This document shows positions 12,325 through 23,985 of a stretch of 64,000 bases of DNA, piece by piece; position 1 is the first letter of the stretch, and every line of letters begins with the position of its first letter. Under the pieces are notes generated by a model. That model worked only from the letters and a program-made list of their open reading frames with translations. It was not told the origin of the DNA and searched no databases. This stretch comes from Leucoraja ocellata (lineage: Eukaryota). The DNA lies in the NCBI GenBank assembly GCA_036785375.1, contig JAWMAR010000478.1, positions 62,001 through 126,000 on the forward strand, written 5' to 3'. The translations under genes and the position numbers were made by a program.

Positions 12325-13779
12325 GTGAGTAGACACACACTGTCACGTCTATGTAAAGGCAGATGGTTTATTGGCCCATGAGAGATGCTGGAATTCACTA
12401 ACACACACACTCTCACTCTCACTNNNNNNNNNNNNNNNNNNNNNNNNNNNNNNNNNNNNNNNNNNNNNNNNNNNNNNNNNNNNNNNNNNNNNNNNNNNNN
12501 NNNNNNNNNNNNNNNNNNNNNNNNNNNNNNNNNNNNNNNNNNNNNNNNNNNNNACACGCTCCCTCTCTCTCACACACACACACGCACTCATTCACTCAAA
12601 CACATACAGACACACATCCTCAAGTTCTCGGAGAAAACCCAGGCAGGTCACGGGGAGAACGTGCAAACTCCGTACAGAAAGGCACGGGTGGTCAGGATTG
12701 AACCCGGGTCTCTGGCGCTGTGAGGCAGGAGCTCTACCCACTGCGCCACCGTGCCGCCCACATCTACAGCCTTGTTTGTTCCCCACCTGTATGTAGCCTG
12801 TCTCACCTCTGCCTGACGTTGTTGGATTATATTGGTCTTTCCACCCAGAAACCTTCAATGCCTCCCTCTATGTATCGTCACTCCTCACGTTGCTTAAACA
12901 CAAAGTAGTGGAGCAACTCAGTGGGTCAGGCAGTGTCTTTAGAGTCATAGAGTCTTACAGCATGGTTACAGGTCCTTTGGCCCAACTTGCCCACACCGGC
13001 CAACGAGCCCCATCTATACTCATCCCACCTGCCCTACTTCGGCCCATATCCCTCCAAACAAGTCCTATCCATGTTTGACGTCCATCAGTCTGAAGAAGGG
13101 TTTTGGCCCGAAACATTGCCTATTTCCTTCGCTCCATCGATGCTGCTGCACCCGCTCAGTTTCTCCAGCAATTTTGTCTACCTCCTATCCATGTTACCTG
13201 TCCAACTGTTTTTTAAACGTTGCAATGATCCCAGCCTCAACTACCTCCTCCGGCAGCTCGTTCCTTATAAAAAGGACTGGACACCTAGATGCAGGAAAAA
13301 TGTTCCCAATATTGGGCGAGTCCAGAACCAGGGGCCACAGTCTTAGAATAAAGGGGAAGCCATTTAAGACTGAGGTGAGAAATAACTTTTTCACCCAGAG
13401 AGTTGTGAATTTGTGGAATTCCCTGCCACAGAGCGCAGTGGAGGCCAAATCATTAGATGGATTTAAGAGAGAGTTAGATAGAGCTGTAGGGGCTAGTGGA
13501 GTCAAGGGATATGGGGAGAAGGCAGGCACGGGTTATTGATTGGGGACGATCAGCCATGATCACAATGAATGGCGGTACTGGCTAGAAGGGCTGAAAGGAC
13601 TCCTCCTGCACCTAATTTCTATGTTTCTATGTAGAGAGATAAAGAACAATGAATGTAAGATCGAAGAGCAGGAGGCATCACAGAGGGGGAGCAGTGAGAG
13701 GGGGTGTGGCAGAACTGCAATGTTGTGAAAGATTGCAGCAGGAACTTGATCATTGGCCAGATGAGCTGATGAATGGTTA

Positions 13780-16700
13780 ATAGTTAGATTAAACGAGTAC
13801 TTACCAGTATGAAGTTTGATCTGTATTTTATGAGGAGTTACGGTGAGGGATTAAGTGAAGAACCCAGCAGGTACTGCGCATGCGGCATACTTCGAAGCAG
13901 CGGTGTGGAATCACAGAATAGACACAATATTTGAAGTAAGATAGTAAAGATCACGAGACATCAGTTTATTAGCTTGATCTATATAATGAGGGTGGGAGCG
14001 GCGGGCACTTAATCCCTCACCGTAACTCCTCATAAAATACAGATCAAACTTCATACTGGTAAGTACTCGTTTAATCTAACTATTTTACTTCGGAGTCACG
14101 TGAGTGATTCCGTGAAGACTTCAAAGGTCTGTGATTTCAAACCGTGTAACAGTTTTTATTTCACTCACTGCCGAAGTTTATGAGGGAGGAAGTGTTATCG
14201 TAATCAACCAGTTGATCTGCTTTCAAAAGAAACAGAAAGGTATTTGTTAACAATAACAACATAAAAGAGCTCCTCTGAGCTTAAATTAATATTGCAGTTT
14301 GTAATATTCTCCTGCAATTAAATCAGGTTTATCAACGGTTTATAATAAAAACAAAATGTTCTGAACGCCGTTCCCTTGACCATTCTGCTGTATTGAAAAT
14401 GTGGTCAACCGGGATGTCCATTCGTTCAGCCGCTGATACCAATGCTGCCCTAGTGGAATGGGATTAAATGTATTATTATCTATTCCGGCAGCTTTCGGTA
14501 CCTGTTTGAGCCACCTTGGAGTGGTTTGGCTCGTACCCCGTCTTGGGTTACTGTGGTTGACCCATAGGCTTTCCTCTCCCTCTAAGATTGTGGGTTGTGT
14601 CTATATATAGTAGTAGATGGGTCACCACACTCAACCTGGACTCTGGTGGGTAGGCCCGGAATCCCACCAGTGAATTGGGCGTTCCTGGTCCATATAGCCA
14701 TATAACGACTACAGCACGGAAAACACAGGCGATCTCGACCCTACTAGTTCGTGCCGAACTCATAATCTCGCCTAGTCCCATATACCTGCGAGTTAGATTT
14801 TACCAGACCTAAATATGAACGTGATGCGTCTGGGGTAATCACCATGTTATCCAGTCTGGTTTATGGAGTGACTGGACTCTGTGAGCGTGTACGAGAGCCA
14901 TAAGCATGAGCGTTTTTTAAAAACATAGATTAAGCAAGCTGAGGGATCTGGCTGGTGCCATCTCTGAGACATGTCAATGTCACACCAATATCCCATACAT
15001 GGGTATATACCTGGGTGTTTGGGGCTTATATTATAGTTGCCCTTCATACCTTCAGTGGATGGGATCCCATGCTCTGCTGACATGCTGTTTTAGATAAGCA
15101 GATAAGGCGCTCCATGCTGTATTTACGGCACTGTAACTCACCTTTTAGTCATGGTGTAGATGTTCCAGGAACTCCAATACGTCAGTGGTTGAATAGTTCG
15201 TTGTCCCTGCGTCGTGGCAGTATTTTACCCATGTTAGCTTTTAGTGACTGTTCGCAGGGATGCCGACATGGTGGTAATGGTTCCTTTGGATAATCCCAGT
15301 CCCTGGTAAGGTCTATTCAAACCCTGCACCCAGGAGTTTGATGTTTCCCTGGCATGGGTGGCTTGTGCCTGATACTGGGTTGAGTCAGCAACCATGGTCC
15401 ACTAGGGAAATCCATAGGTGACTCGCCCACCGTGTCGTGATGAACTGGGAACCATGGCTGTGTAGGCCGGTCGGGCACGTTCAATATCTCGGAGACAGAT
15501 CCCTCTGTATTGCGAAGTGCCCGTCTGATGAGGCAGAAGGGAGGAAGGCAAAGCAGAAATTCCCCCTTCCAGCGTATAGGCATCTATCGCTGCTGCCTCT
15601 ATCTGGTTCCTAAGTCACATACATGGGTTACTGTGATTCCGTCTTGTGCAACCAAATTGATATCTGGCTTTCAAACTGCTTAATAAATTTAGCAGATATT
15701 TTGGGTTTGACATTATTGAATGTAATCATGGATTTTACCCCGTGACATGGTGTCTCCCACTGTGTTCTAGCTTCCTAGGACATAGGCAGCTGATAGTTAA
15801 AATGTCTTTTGACACACCATTGCCAGATTTGTTTGACCAATTTGTTGCACAATAATGATTATTATGCTCCCCATATGGTTGATATAAGCCACCACCATAG
15901 TATTATCAATCCGTAACCACATATGTACGTGCTGCATTTGAAATGCATATGCTTTTTAGCCCAATAGGCGATCACCAATCCCAAGTAGTTGATGCCCGGT
16001 ATGTGTAGTAACGATGTTTGTGAATTGGTCCATCTGTTACCTGTGCTGGATATGGAGTTTAGTTGCTCCCCAGCCTAAAGTACTGGCATCGGTTTTTAAT
16101 AACCAGGTTGGGATTGGTGATGATAATAGGGCTGAAAACTATGCCAAATATATGTCTGCCCACCACCTTAATTGTGATATAGCTTCAGTGGGTACATTCA
16201 TGATTTGATATAGTGACCCAAGTACCTTGGCAAAGTAACAGTCATATGGACGGAATTATTATTGAAGCCCAGATAATCCTTGGTAGTTAACGCTTCAACT
16301 CTGGTTTATCTGGGCGTGGGATAAACCTCAGCTTTAGGGAGCTGTTCGTAGCTAGAACTGCTGCCACAGCTAATTCCTTTGTTTCCCCTAATATGAGGAT
16401 ATCATCCAATATATGCCATGATTATGCTTGTTTTCTTAATATTTTCATGGCCATATATAATAGTTTAGGGCTGAGGTTAGACCATAGGGAATGCTATATG
16501 CTCCCATGGTTGCCCTAACCGGGATATCCATTATCCAGGTAAAATTTTTTAGGTATCTATAATGATCCTAGTGTATGGGTATAAGATAGTTAGCATCTTC
16601 CATATCAATGCTCCCCATAGGTATCCTAGGGAGATCAGATGTCTGGCAGTGACAAGAACCCATCTCCATCTTAAGTGTATATACTCAACAGATTTATTTA

Positions 16701-18484
16701 GTGATATTAGATCAATGATGATGCTACATTCACCATCTTTTGTAGTTTTGGTGAATATATTCGATACAAATTCCAATGGCTCATGTTTACTCCCCTGATC
16801 CGTTTAGTAATAAGCCTTTCTAGTTCAGCTTGACCTTCTCACTTCTCTTTTCTTAGAGGGAGAAAATGCCCTTTGGGCGCATTGCTGAACTGGCGGTAAT
16901 ATGCCCAATTTGAATTCGTTTTTATCCTCTAAGACTGTTGAGTATATTTTAGTTATTTGTGACAGCATCCCATGCTTTATCCACAAGTGTAAATGCCCCC
17001 CCACGCAGTTAGTAGAACACCCTGTTTAGTGTAAACGGGAGGAACCAGACTACCTACCTCCATGTTTGTTGTTTTTTCATGAAGGCGTAGTTTGCTGGTA
17101 TGCTGGTGCTGTCGGTGGGGCGGCGCATCTTCCCACGGCTCCGCTCTGGGCCCCGTCTAAAAAGAACTTTGGGGGTAAAGTGAAGCGGTCGCCAGGCTTT
17201 CACCAGTCCTTGTTTGATTCACTGGTGGATGCCGAGGGGTGCTGCCAGCTGGGTGTTGGATGCGATGTCCTGCTCGTTCCATGGCCTGCCTTCATGAGGC
17301 GCACAGGTTTATCTGCCTCTCGTCCCGCAGCAGCGGTTTGCATAGCCCCATATATTTGGGGTTGCGGGCAGGTCTATATGCACCATTGTTCAGTCGAGTA
17401 TCCCAAATTTGGGAACATCTTAGGCGTCAGCACCCTGGTAGTGCAATGGGATAGTCTCATCCTGGGAGAGTATAATCCGTGGAAAAGGCGAGCAAAGGCG
17501 GTAACATCTTGACCCTTCTGTAGAATTCGCTGCTTGTCTGCGAGTCTGCTGACCCAGCTGCCTGCGGATTTGCCTCTGGAAAGGCCTGCTCCTGCAGGGC
17601 TTTGTTGGGAAGATGGTCGCGTGGAGGAGCCATGTAGTGGCCCACGACACCCAGTAGCTCTTCCTGATCCTGCTCCCCTGGCATACTGCTGTTCTCGTCC
17701 GCCTGCCCAGCGTTTAAGCCAGCCCAGCCCTGGCCTCCTTAGCTAGCCTCAAAAGAGGGAGCAAAAGGGTGTGCTAAATTGGAGGAGGCATAGCTCAAAC
17801 TCCGCTGTTGCATCAATCCCTTGACAAGGGAGATGGCTAGTGCAATAGCACTGGGGTAGGAGTCAGCTCCCTTGGCATTCAGCCAGTGCCCCTTTTCTCC
17901 TGGAGGTGAACTCCATGACCTCCTCTGGCTTGGGGAGACAGACATACTCATTTTTGCTGTCTCCAACCTGTTCCAGTTTTGGAGGAAGATGGCTCCTGTA
18001 GAACCTGTAAATTGGGAAGATTTTTCTCTTACCTGCATGTAGAGGCTGCCTGCCGTTTTCCAGGCGGCATTGTGGCGGTTCCCGGGCGGCGATTCTCCTG
18101 GTCAGGAGTCTGCAGGGCTGCTGGTCGGGTTTTTTAAACTTCCCGCCGGTCCGCTGCTGTTACCAAACAGCTGTTCAGCGGACCGGCATAGCGCAGCTCC
18201 TTGCAGCGGTCCGCAGCGTTTGCGGTCCGGGTAGCGCTTTTTCCCCGTCCACTGTCGGCTCCACGCTGGAGTCGAAACGGGGCCCGCTCACCATGCCTCT
18301 CTACTTTGCTCCCCCTGGAGCAAAAACCACAAGGCCCGATTAAGGTAAGTACTTACCTCTCGTCCTTGGATGCGGGAGCTAGCCCGACTCCCGTTGGCCG
18401 CGTTGCACAGCTGTGCGATAATGCCGCATGCGCAGTACCTGCTGGGTTCTTCACGGAATCACTCACGTGACTCCGAAGTAAAAT
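13780..18484 (-). mobile_element. Full-length DIRS1-type tyrosine-recombinase retrotransposon, coding-degenerate
   Basis: The internal complementary region (~14006-14118) is complementary to both termini (13780-13857 and 18446-18484). The terminal inverted repeat pair is 13855-13888 / 18421-18454. Minus-strand motifs: RT LDDILILG (~16390-16410), RNase H KTDASTLGWGA (~16065-16095), methyltransferase-like PPFCLIRRAL..PTQPWFP (15317-15583), YR HSTRAA (~14440-14460). Inserted into a CR1. Confidence 0.9.
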
Positions 18485-19260
18485 TGAATTTAAATCAGAG
18501 AAATGTGAGATGTTGCATTTTGGGACGTCTAACAAAAGCAGCACCTACACAGTTAATGGTAGGCCTGTGGGGAGTGTTGTAGAGCAGAGGGATCAAGGAG
18601 TGCAGGTGCAAGGTTCCTTGAAGATCAAGTCACAGGTGGTCAACAAGGCTTTTGGCACACTGGCCTTCATCAGTCAGAGTATTGAGTATAGAAGTTGGGA
18701 GGTCATGTTGCAGTTGTATAAGACGTTGGTGAGACCGCATTTAGAATATTGTGTTCAGTTCTGGGCACCATGTTACAGGAAAGATATTAACAAGCTTGAA
18801 AGGGTTCAGTGAAGATTTATGAGAATGTTGCCAAGGACTAGAGGGCTCGAGCTACAGGGAGAGGTTGTGCAGGCTGGGTCTCTATTCCTTGGAGTGCAGA
18901 TGGATGTGGGGTGATCTTATAGTGAAAAGATCATGAGGGGAAGAGATTGAGTGGATGCACAGAGTATCTTGCATAGAATAGGGGAATCGAGGACCAGAGG
19001 ACATAGGTTCAAGGTGAAGGAGAAAAGATTTAATAGGAACCTGAGTAACTTTTTACACAAAGGGTAGTTGGTGTATGGAACAAGGTGCCAGAGGAGGTAG
19101 TTGAGGCAGTGTCTATCCCAACGTTTAAGAAACAGTTAGACAGGTACATGGATATGACAAATTTGGAGGGTTATGGGCAGGTGGGACTAGTGTATCTGAG
19201 ACATGTTGGCCGGTGTGGGCAAGTTGGGCTGAAGGGCCTGTTTCCACACGATCACCCTAT
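18485..19260 (+). mobile_element. CR1 fragment (host of the DIRS insertion, continues from ~13730)
   Basis: ORFs 18510-18812 and 19085-19372 carry CR1 RT C-terminal motifs. Confidence 0.85.
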
Positions 19261-19572
19261 GACTCTAACTCTCGTCCGAGATGGAGAACTTCTTCATTGT
19301 AGACATATCTTGAGGAGATTTCACAGTGGAGCAGACAAAATGTGTAGGAAGGAACTGCAGATGCTGGTTTAAACCAAAGATAGATACAAAAAGATGGAGT
19401 AACTCAGCGGGTCAGGCAGCATCTCTGGAGAGTAGGAATGGGTGACGTTTCGGGTCGAGACCCTTCTTCAGATTAGTTGCATTCGTACTTCATCTTTTCT
19501 CTCCGTACTGTCCTGGTTGGCGCGTGGAAATCTGCCATGTTAACTCGCGTTTAAACCTTCGTTTGTCTTTAG

Positions 19573-19853
19573 ATGCTCCACAAAATCTCTCAATCAATTC
19601 CCACGACGATGCGAACAGTTCCCGAGTGATTGTAAAGGAAGGAAACTTTGCAGCGATCCTCTGCTCCGTCCAGAGTTTCCCAGCATCTAACCTGACGTGG
19701 GTACATTCGGTGTCACGCTGAACACAACATATTCCAGCAACGAGCTGTGGATGCAGTTCCCTCAGCTGACACGGCAGGACGCTGGGGTCTATCAGTGTGT
19801 GGCGGTGAATGAACACGGGACAGCAGAGAGGGATGTGACCCTCACTGTAGAAT
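19573..19853 (+). pseudogene. Siglec-like Ig domain 4 exon (paralog of domain 3), 1-nt frameshift
   Basis: YAPQNLSINS...KEGNFAAILCSVQSFPASNLTWVH / GVTLNTTYSSNELWMQFPQLTRQDAGVYQCVAVNEHGTAERDVTLTVE. Length 281 nt. Splice sites tttag| and T|gtgagt. Confidence 0.85.
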
Positions 19854-21414
19854 GTGAGTAGACACACACTAACACATCCCTCACAACGTCATCAATGATA
19901 GGGGCAGAATTAGAATGTCCAATGGCCAAGTCTACTCCACCATTCAATCATGGCTGATCTATCTCTCCCTCCTAACCCCATTCTCCTGCCTTCTCATAGA
20001 GCCATAGAGTTATGGAGCCATTGATTCATAGAGTGATACAGCGTGGGAACTGCTCAACTTGCTTTCAACAGCCTACATGTCCCAGCTACATTAGTCCAAC
20101 CTGCCCATGTTTGGCCCATATCCCTCCAAACTTGTCCTAACCATGTACTTGTCTGTTTCTTAAACGCTGGGATAGTCCCAGCCTCAACGACCTCCTCTGG
20201 CAGCTCATTCCATACAACAACCAGCCTTTGTATGAAAAAGTCACCCCCCAGGTTCCGTTTAAATAATTTCCCCTTCACCTTGAACCTATGTCCTCTGGTC
20301 GTCGATTCACCTACTCTGGGCAAGAGACTCGGTGCATCTACCCGATCTATTCCTCTCATGATTTTAAACACCTCTATAAGATCACCCCTCATCCCCCTGC
20401 GCTCCAAGGAAGAGAGTCCTAGCCTGCTCAACCTTTCCCTATAGCTCAGGCCCTCTAGTCCTGGCCACATCCTCATGAATCTTCTCTGCACCCTTTCCTG
20501 CTTGACAACATACTTCCTACATTTCCTCTCTCCTCTTCTAAGATAAGGAAGTTTAGGTAAAATTATTTGAAGCATTGTGTGCAGTTCTGGTCACCCCATT
20601 ACAGGAAGGATGTGGTCAAGGTGCACAACGCTGCCTAGTTTAGAGAGTATTACCAATAAGGAGTTTTAAGAGGGGCACACAGTGGTTCAACGGTAGAGTT
20701 GCTGCCTCACAGCACCAGAGAGCCAGGTTGAATCCTCACTACGGGTGCTTGTCGGTACGGAGTTGGCAAGTTCATCCCATAACCTACGTGGGTTTTCTTC
20801 GGGTGCTCCGGTTTCCTCCCACACTCCAAAGATATACAGGTGTGCAGGTTAATTGGCTTGGTATATTTGTAAATTGTCCCCAGTGTGTGCAGGATAGTAT
20901 ATGTGTCGGGAATGCTGGCAGGCGTGGACACGGTGGGCCGAAGGGCCTGTTTCCGCGCTGTATCTCTAAACTAAACTAAAGAAGAGGTTGGATAGACTTT
21001 CTCTGGAGTTCATGTTCACAAGTGACGGGAGCACAATAAGGCCATTCGGCCCATCAAGTCTACTCTGCCATTCGACCATGGCTGATCTATTTCTCCCTCC
21101 CCTGCCCCATTCCCCTGCCTTCACCCCATAGCCTCTGACACCCGTACTAATGAAGAATCTATCTCTGCCTTAAATATAACCACTGACTTGGCCTCCACTG
21201 CCGTCTGTGGCAAAGAATTCCACAGATTCACCACCCATTGAAAGGCTGACGGGAGACCTGATAGAAATATATAAAACTATGAGTTGCATTGAGAAGGTAG
21301 ATAGTCAGAATCGTTTTCACATAGAAACATAGAAACATAGAAATTAGGTGCAGGAGTAGGCCATTCGGCCCTTCGAACCTGTTCTATAGATGTTCAATGT
21401 TCTATAGATTTAGG

Positions 21415-23985
21415 ATCAGTTCCTGTGGATTGGAAGGTAGATAATGTTTTCCCACTTTTTAAGCAAGGTTTGAGAGAGAAAACAAGGAATTATAGACCAG
21501 TTAGCATGACATAGGTGGTGGGGAAGGTGCTGGAGTCAATTGTAAAAGATGAAATAGCGGCACATTTGGATAGCAGTAACAGGATCAGTCGGAGTTACGT
21601 TGATTTATGAAGGGGAAATCATGCTTGATTAATCTTCTGGAATTTTTTGAGGATGCAACTGGGAAAATGGACAAGGGAGAGCCAGTGGATGTAGTGTACC
21701 TAGACTTTCAATAAGTACTAGACTAAGTGGGACCCATTGGGTCCCAAACACCACGGGGAGTTTGTGTTGGGGAGGGGTGGGTAAGAAAGTGTGTATGTGT
21801 GCTGGAGGGGTTTCCAAGGGGGGAGGTGTAGGGATGTGGGTGTTTTTGGGTGGAATGTGGGAGGCAGGGAGGATGTGGGAGGGGGAGGGAATGGTTTTGG
21901 GGAGGGTTATGTGCGGGAAGGGGGTGTTGTGGATGAGGGTTTTTCAGGTGGGGGAAGGTGTGTGTGGGGTGGGGGTTGTGTGGGGGGGGGAGGGAGTTTG
22001 TGTGTGTGTGGGGAGAGGCGGGGGTTGTGGGAGGAGGGGCGATTTTGTGGTGGAGGGAGGGGGGATTTTGTGGTGGAGGGAGGGGCGATTGTGTGGGGGA
22101 GGGGGGATAATGTGGGGGAGGGGGGATTGTGGGAGAGAGGGGTGTGTGGGCTGGGGGTGTGGTGTGGGGGTGCATTGTGGGGGTGTGTCGTCAGGGAGGT
22201 TGTGAATGGTGTGTGGGAGGTAAGGGTGTGTGGGGAGAAGGGTTGTGGGGTGGTGAGGGGTGGTGAGGGGTATGTAGGGGGGTTTTGGGGAGAGAGGTCT
22301 GTGGGCAGGAGGTGTGGGAGGGAGGGTTGTGGGGGGTGTTAGGGTGTGGGGGAAGGCTGTGTGGCAGGGGAGGGGTGTGGGCAGGGGGGAGAGAGAGCTC
22401 AGAGAAAAGACGGGGGAAGAGCCATGGGGAAGTGTGCGGTATTACGGGGAGGAGGTGCGGGAGCCAGCGAGGAGGACCAGAGGGGAAGGGGTGGGGGGTG
22501 CGATGGGGACTCGCAGCGGGCTCTGGTCACTTCGCTGGTCTCCCTCCTCCGCAAGGCTCGAGGACTCAATCAGCACGAGTTGAGGACTCAGTCCCGCCTC
22601 CGGGGCTTTATTCTCCTCGCCCCGCCCAATGATTAACAGCGGGTGCCAGAAGGGGCGTAACCTTCATGGTGACTGACAGGCGAGAAGACCGATCTACTGA
22701 TCTCACGATTTTTTAAACCTTCATAACTTTTGTAATCAGAACACAATTTGGTGCACTTGGAGCAGAGGACGGTCAGTAAGGTGGCGATATATCCTAGCGA
22801 TATTGGGTACCGTTTTTGTGCAAATTTAAAAACAACGCAAACAGGAAGAGGACAAGATGTGAGTTTTAGTAATAGTGTTGATAGATTTGACAAGTTCCCA
22901 CATAGGAGATTAGTGGCAAAATTAGAGTACATGGTATTGGGGGTAGGCTACTGACATGGATGTAAAATTGGTTGGCAGACAGGAAACAAAGAGTAGGGAT
23001 TAAGGGGTCCCTTTCAGAATGGCAGGCAGTGACTAGTGGGGTACCGCAAGGCTCGGTGCTGGGAATGCAGCAATTTACAATATACATCAATGATTTAGAT
23101 GAAGGGATTCAAAGCACCATCAGCAAATATGCAGATGACACAAAGCTGGGTGGCAGTGTGAACTGTGAGGAGGATGCTATGAGGATGCTGAGTGACCTCA
23201 GCAGGTTGGGTGAGTGGGCGGGTGCATGGCAGATTAACGTGGATAAATATGAGGTTATCCTCTTTGGTGGCAAAAACAGGAAAGCAGATTATTATCAAGT
23301 TGGGAAAAGGGGAAGTACAAAGAGATCTTGTTCATCAGTCACTGAAAGTAAGCATGCAGGTACAACAAGCAGCGAAGAACGGCAATGGTATTGCTGGTCT
23401 TCATTACAGCAGGAGTTGAATATAGGAGAAAAGAGGTCCTTCTGCAGATGGACAGGGCCCTGGTGAGACCACACCTGGAGTATTGTGTGCAGTTTTGGTC
23501 TCCAAATTTGCGGAAAGATATTCTTGCTATTGAGGGAGTGCAGCGTAGGTTCATGAGGTTAATTCCCGGGATGGCGGGACTGTCATATGTTGATAGAATG
23601 AAGCGGCTGGGCTTGTATACACTGGAATTTAGAAGGATGAGAGGGTTCTTATTGAAACATATAAGATTATGAAGGGATTGAACACGCTAGTAGCAGGAAA
23701 CATGTTCCTGTTGCGGGAGTCCAGAACAAGGGGCCTCAGTTTAAGAATAAGGGGTAGGCCATTTAAAATGGAGATGAGGAAAAACGTTTTTACCCAGAGA
23801 ATTGTGAATCTCTGGAGGCTTTCAAGAGAGAGATAGATAGAGCTCTTAGAGATAGCGGAGTCAAGCGATATGGTGAGAAGGCAGGAACGGGGTACTGCAT
23901 GTGGATGACCAGCCATGATCACATTGAATGGCGGTGCTGGCTCGAAGGGCCGAATGGCCTACACCTGTACCTATTGTTTATTGTC
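21415..23985 (+). mobile_element. Decayed CR1 RT (interrupted by Helitron)
   Basis: The LDF.K.FDK motif is split at 21717/22886. GVPQGSVLG, YADD and LVRPHLEYC occur in ORFs 22972-23466 and 23385-23672. Confidence 0.85.
21718..22885 (-). mobile_element. Non-autonomous Helitron
   Basis: On the - strand it starts TC (22885) and ends CTAG (21718). GC-rich hairpin tgggaccca-t-tgggtccca at 21728-21746, just inside the 3' end. Inserted between A and T with no TSD. G-rich interior ~21770-22500. Confidence 0.85.

Noticed and set aside
21723-22636. Gly- or Pro-rich ORFs of 115-183 aa
   Set aside because: Low-complexity interior of the Helitron.
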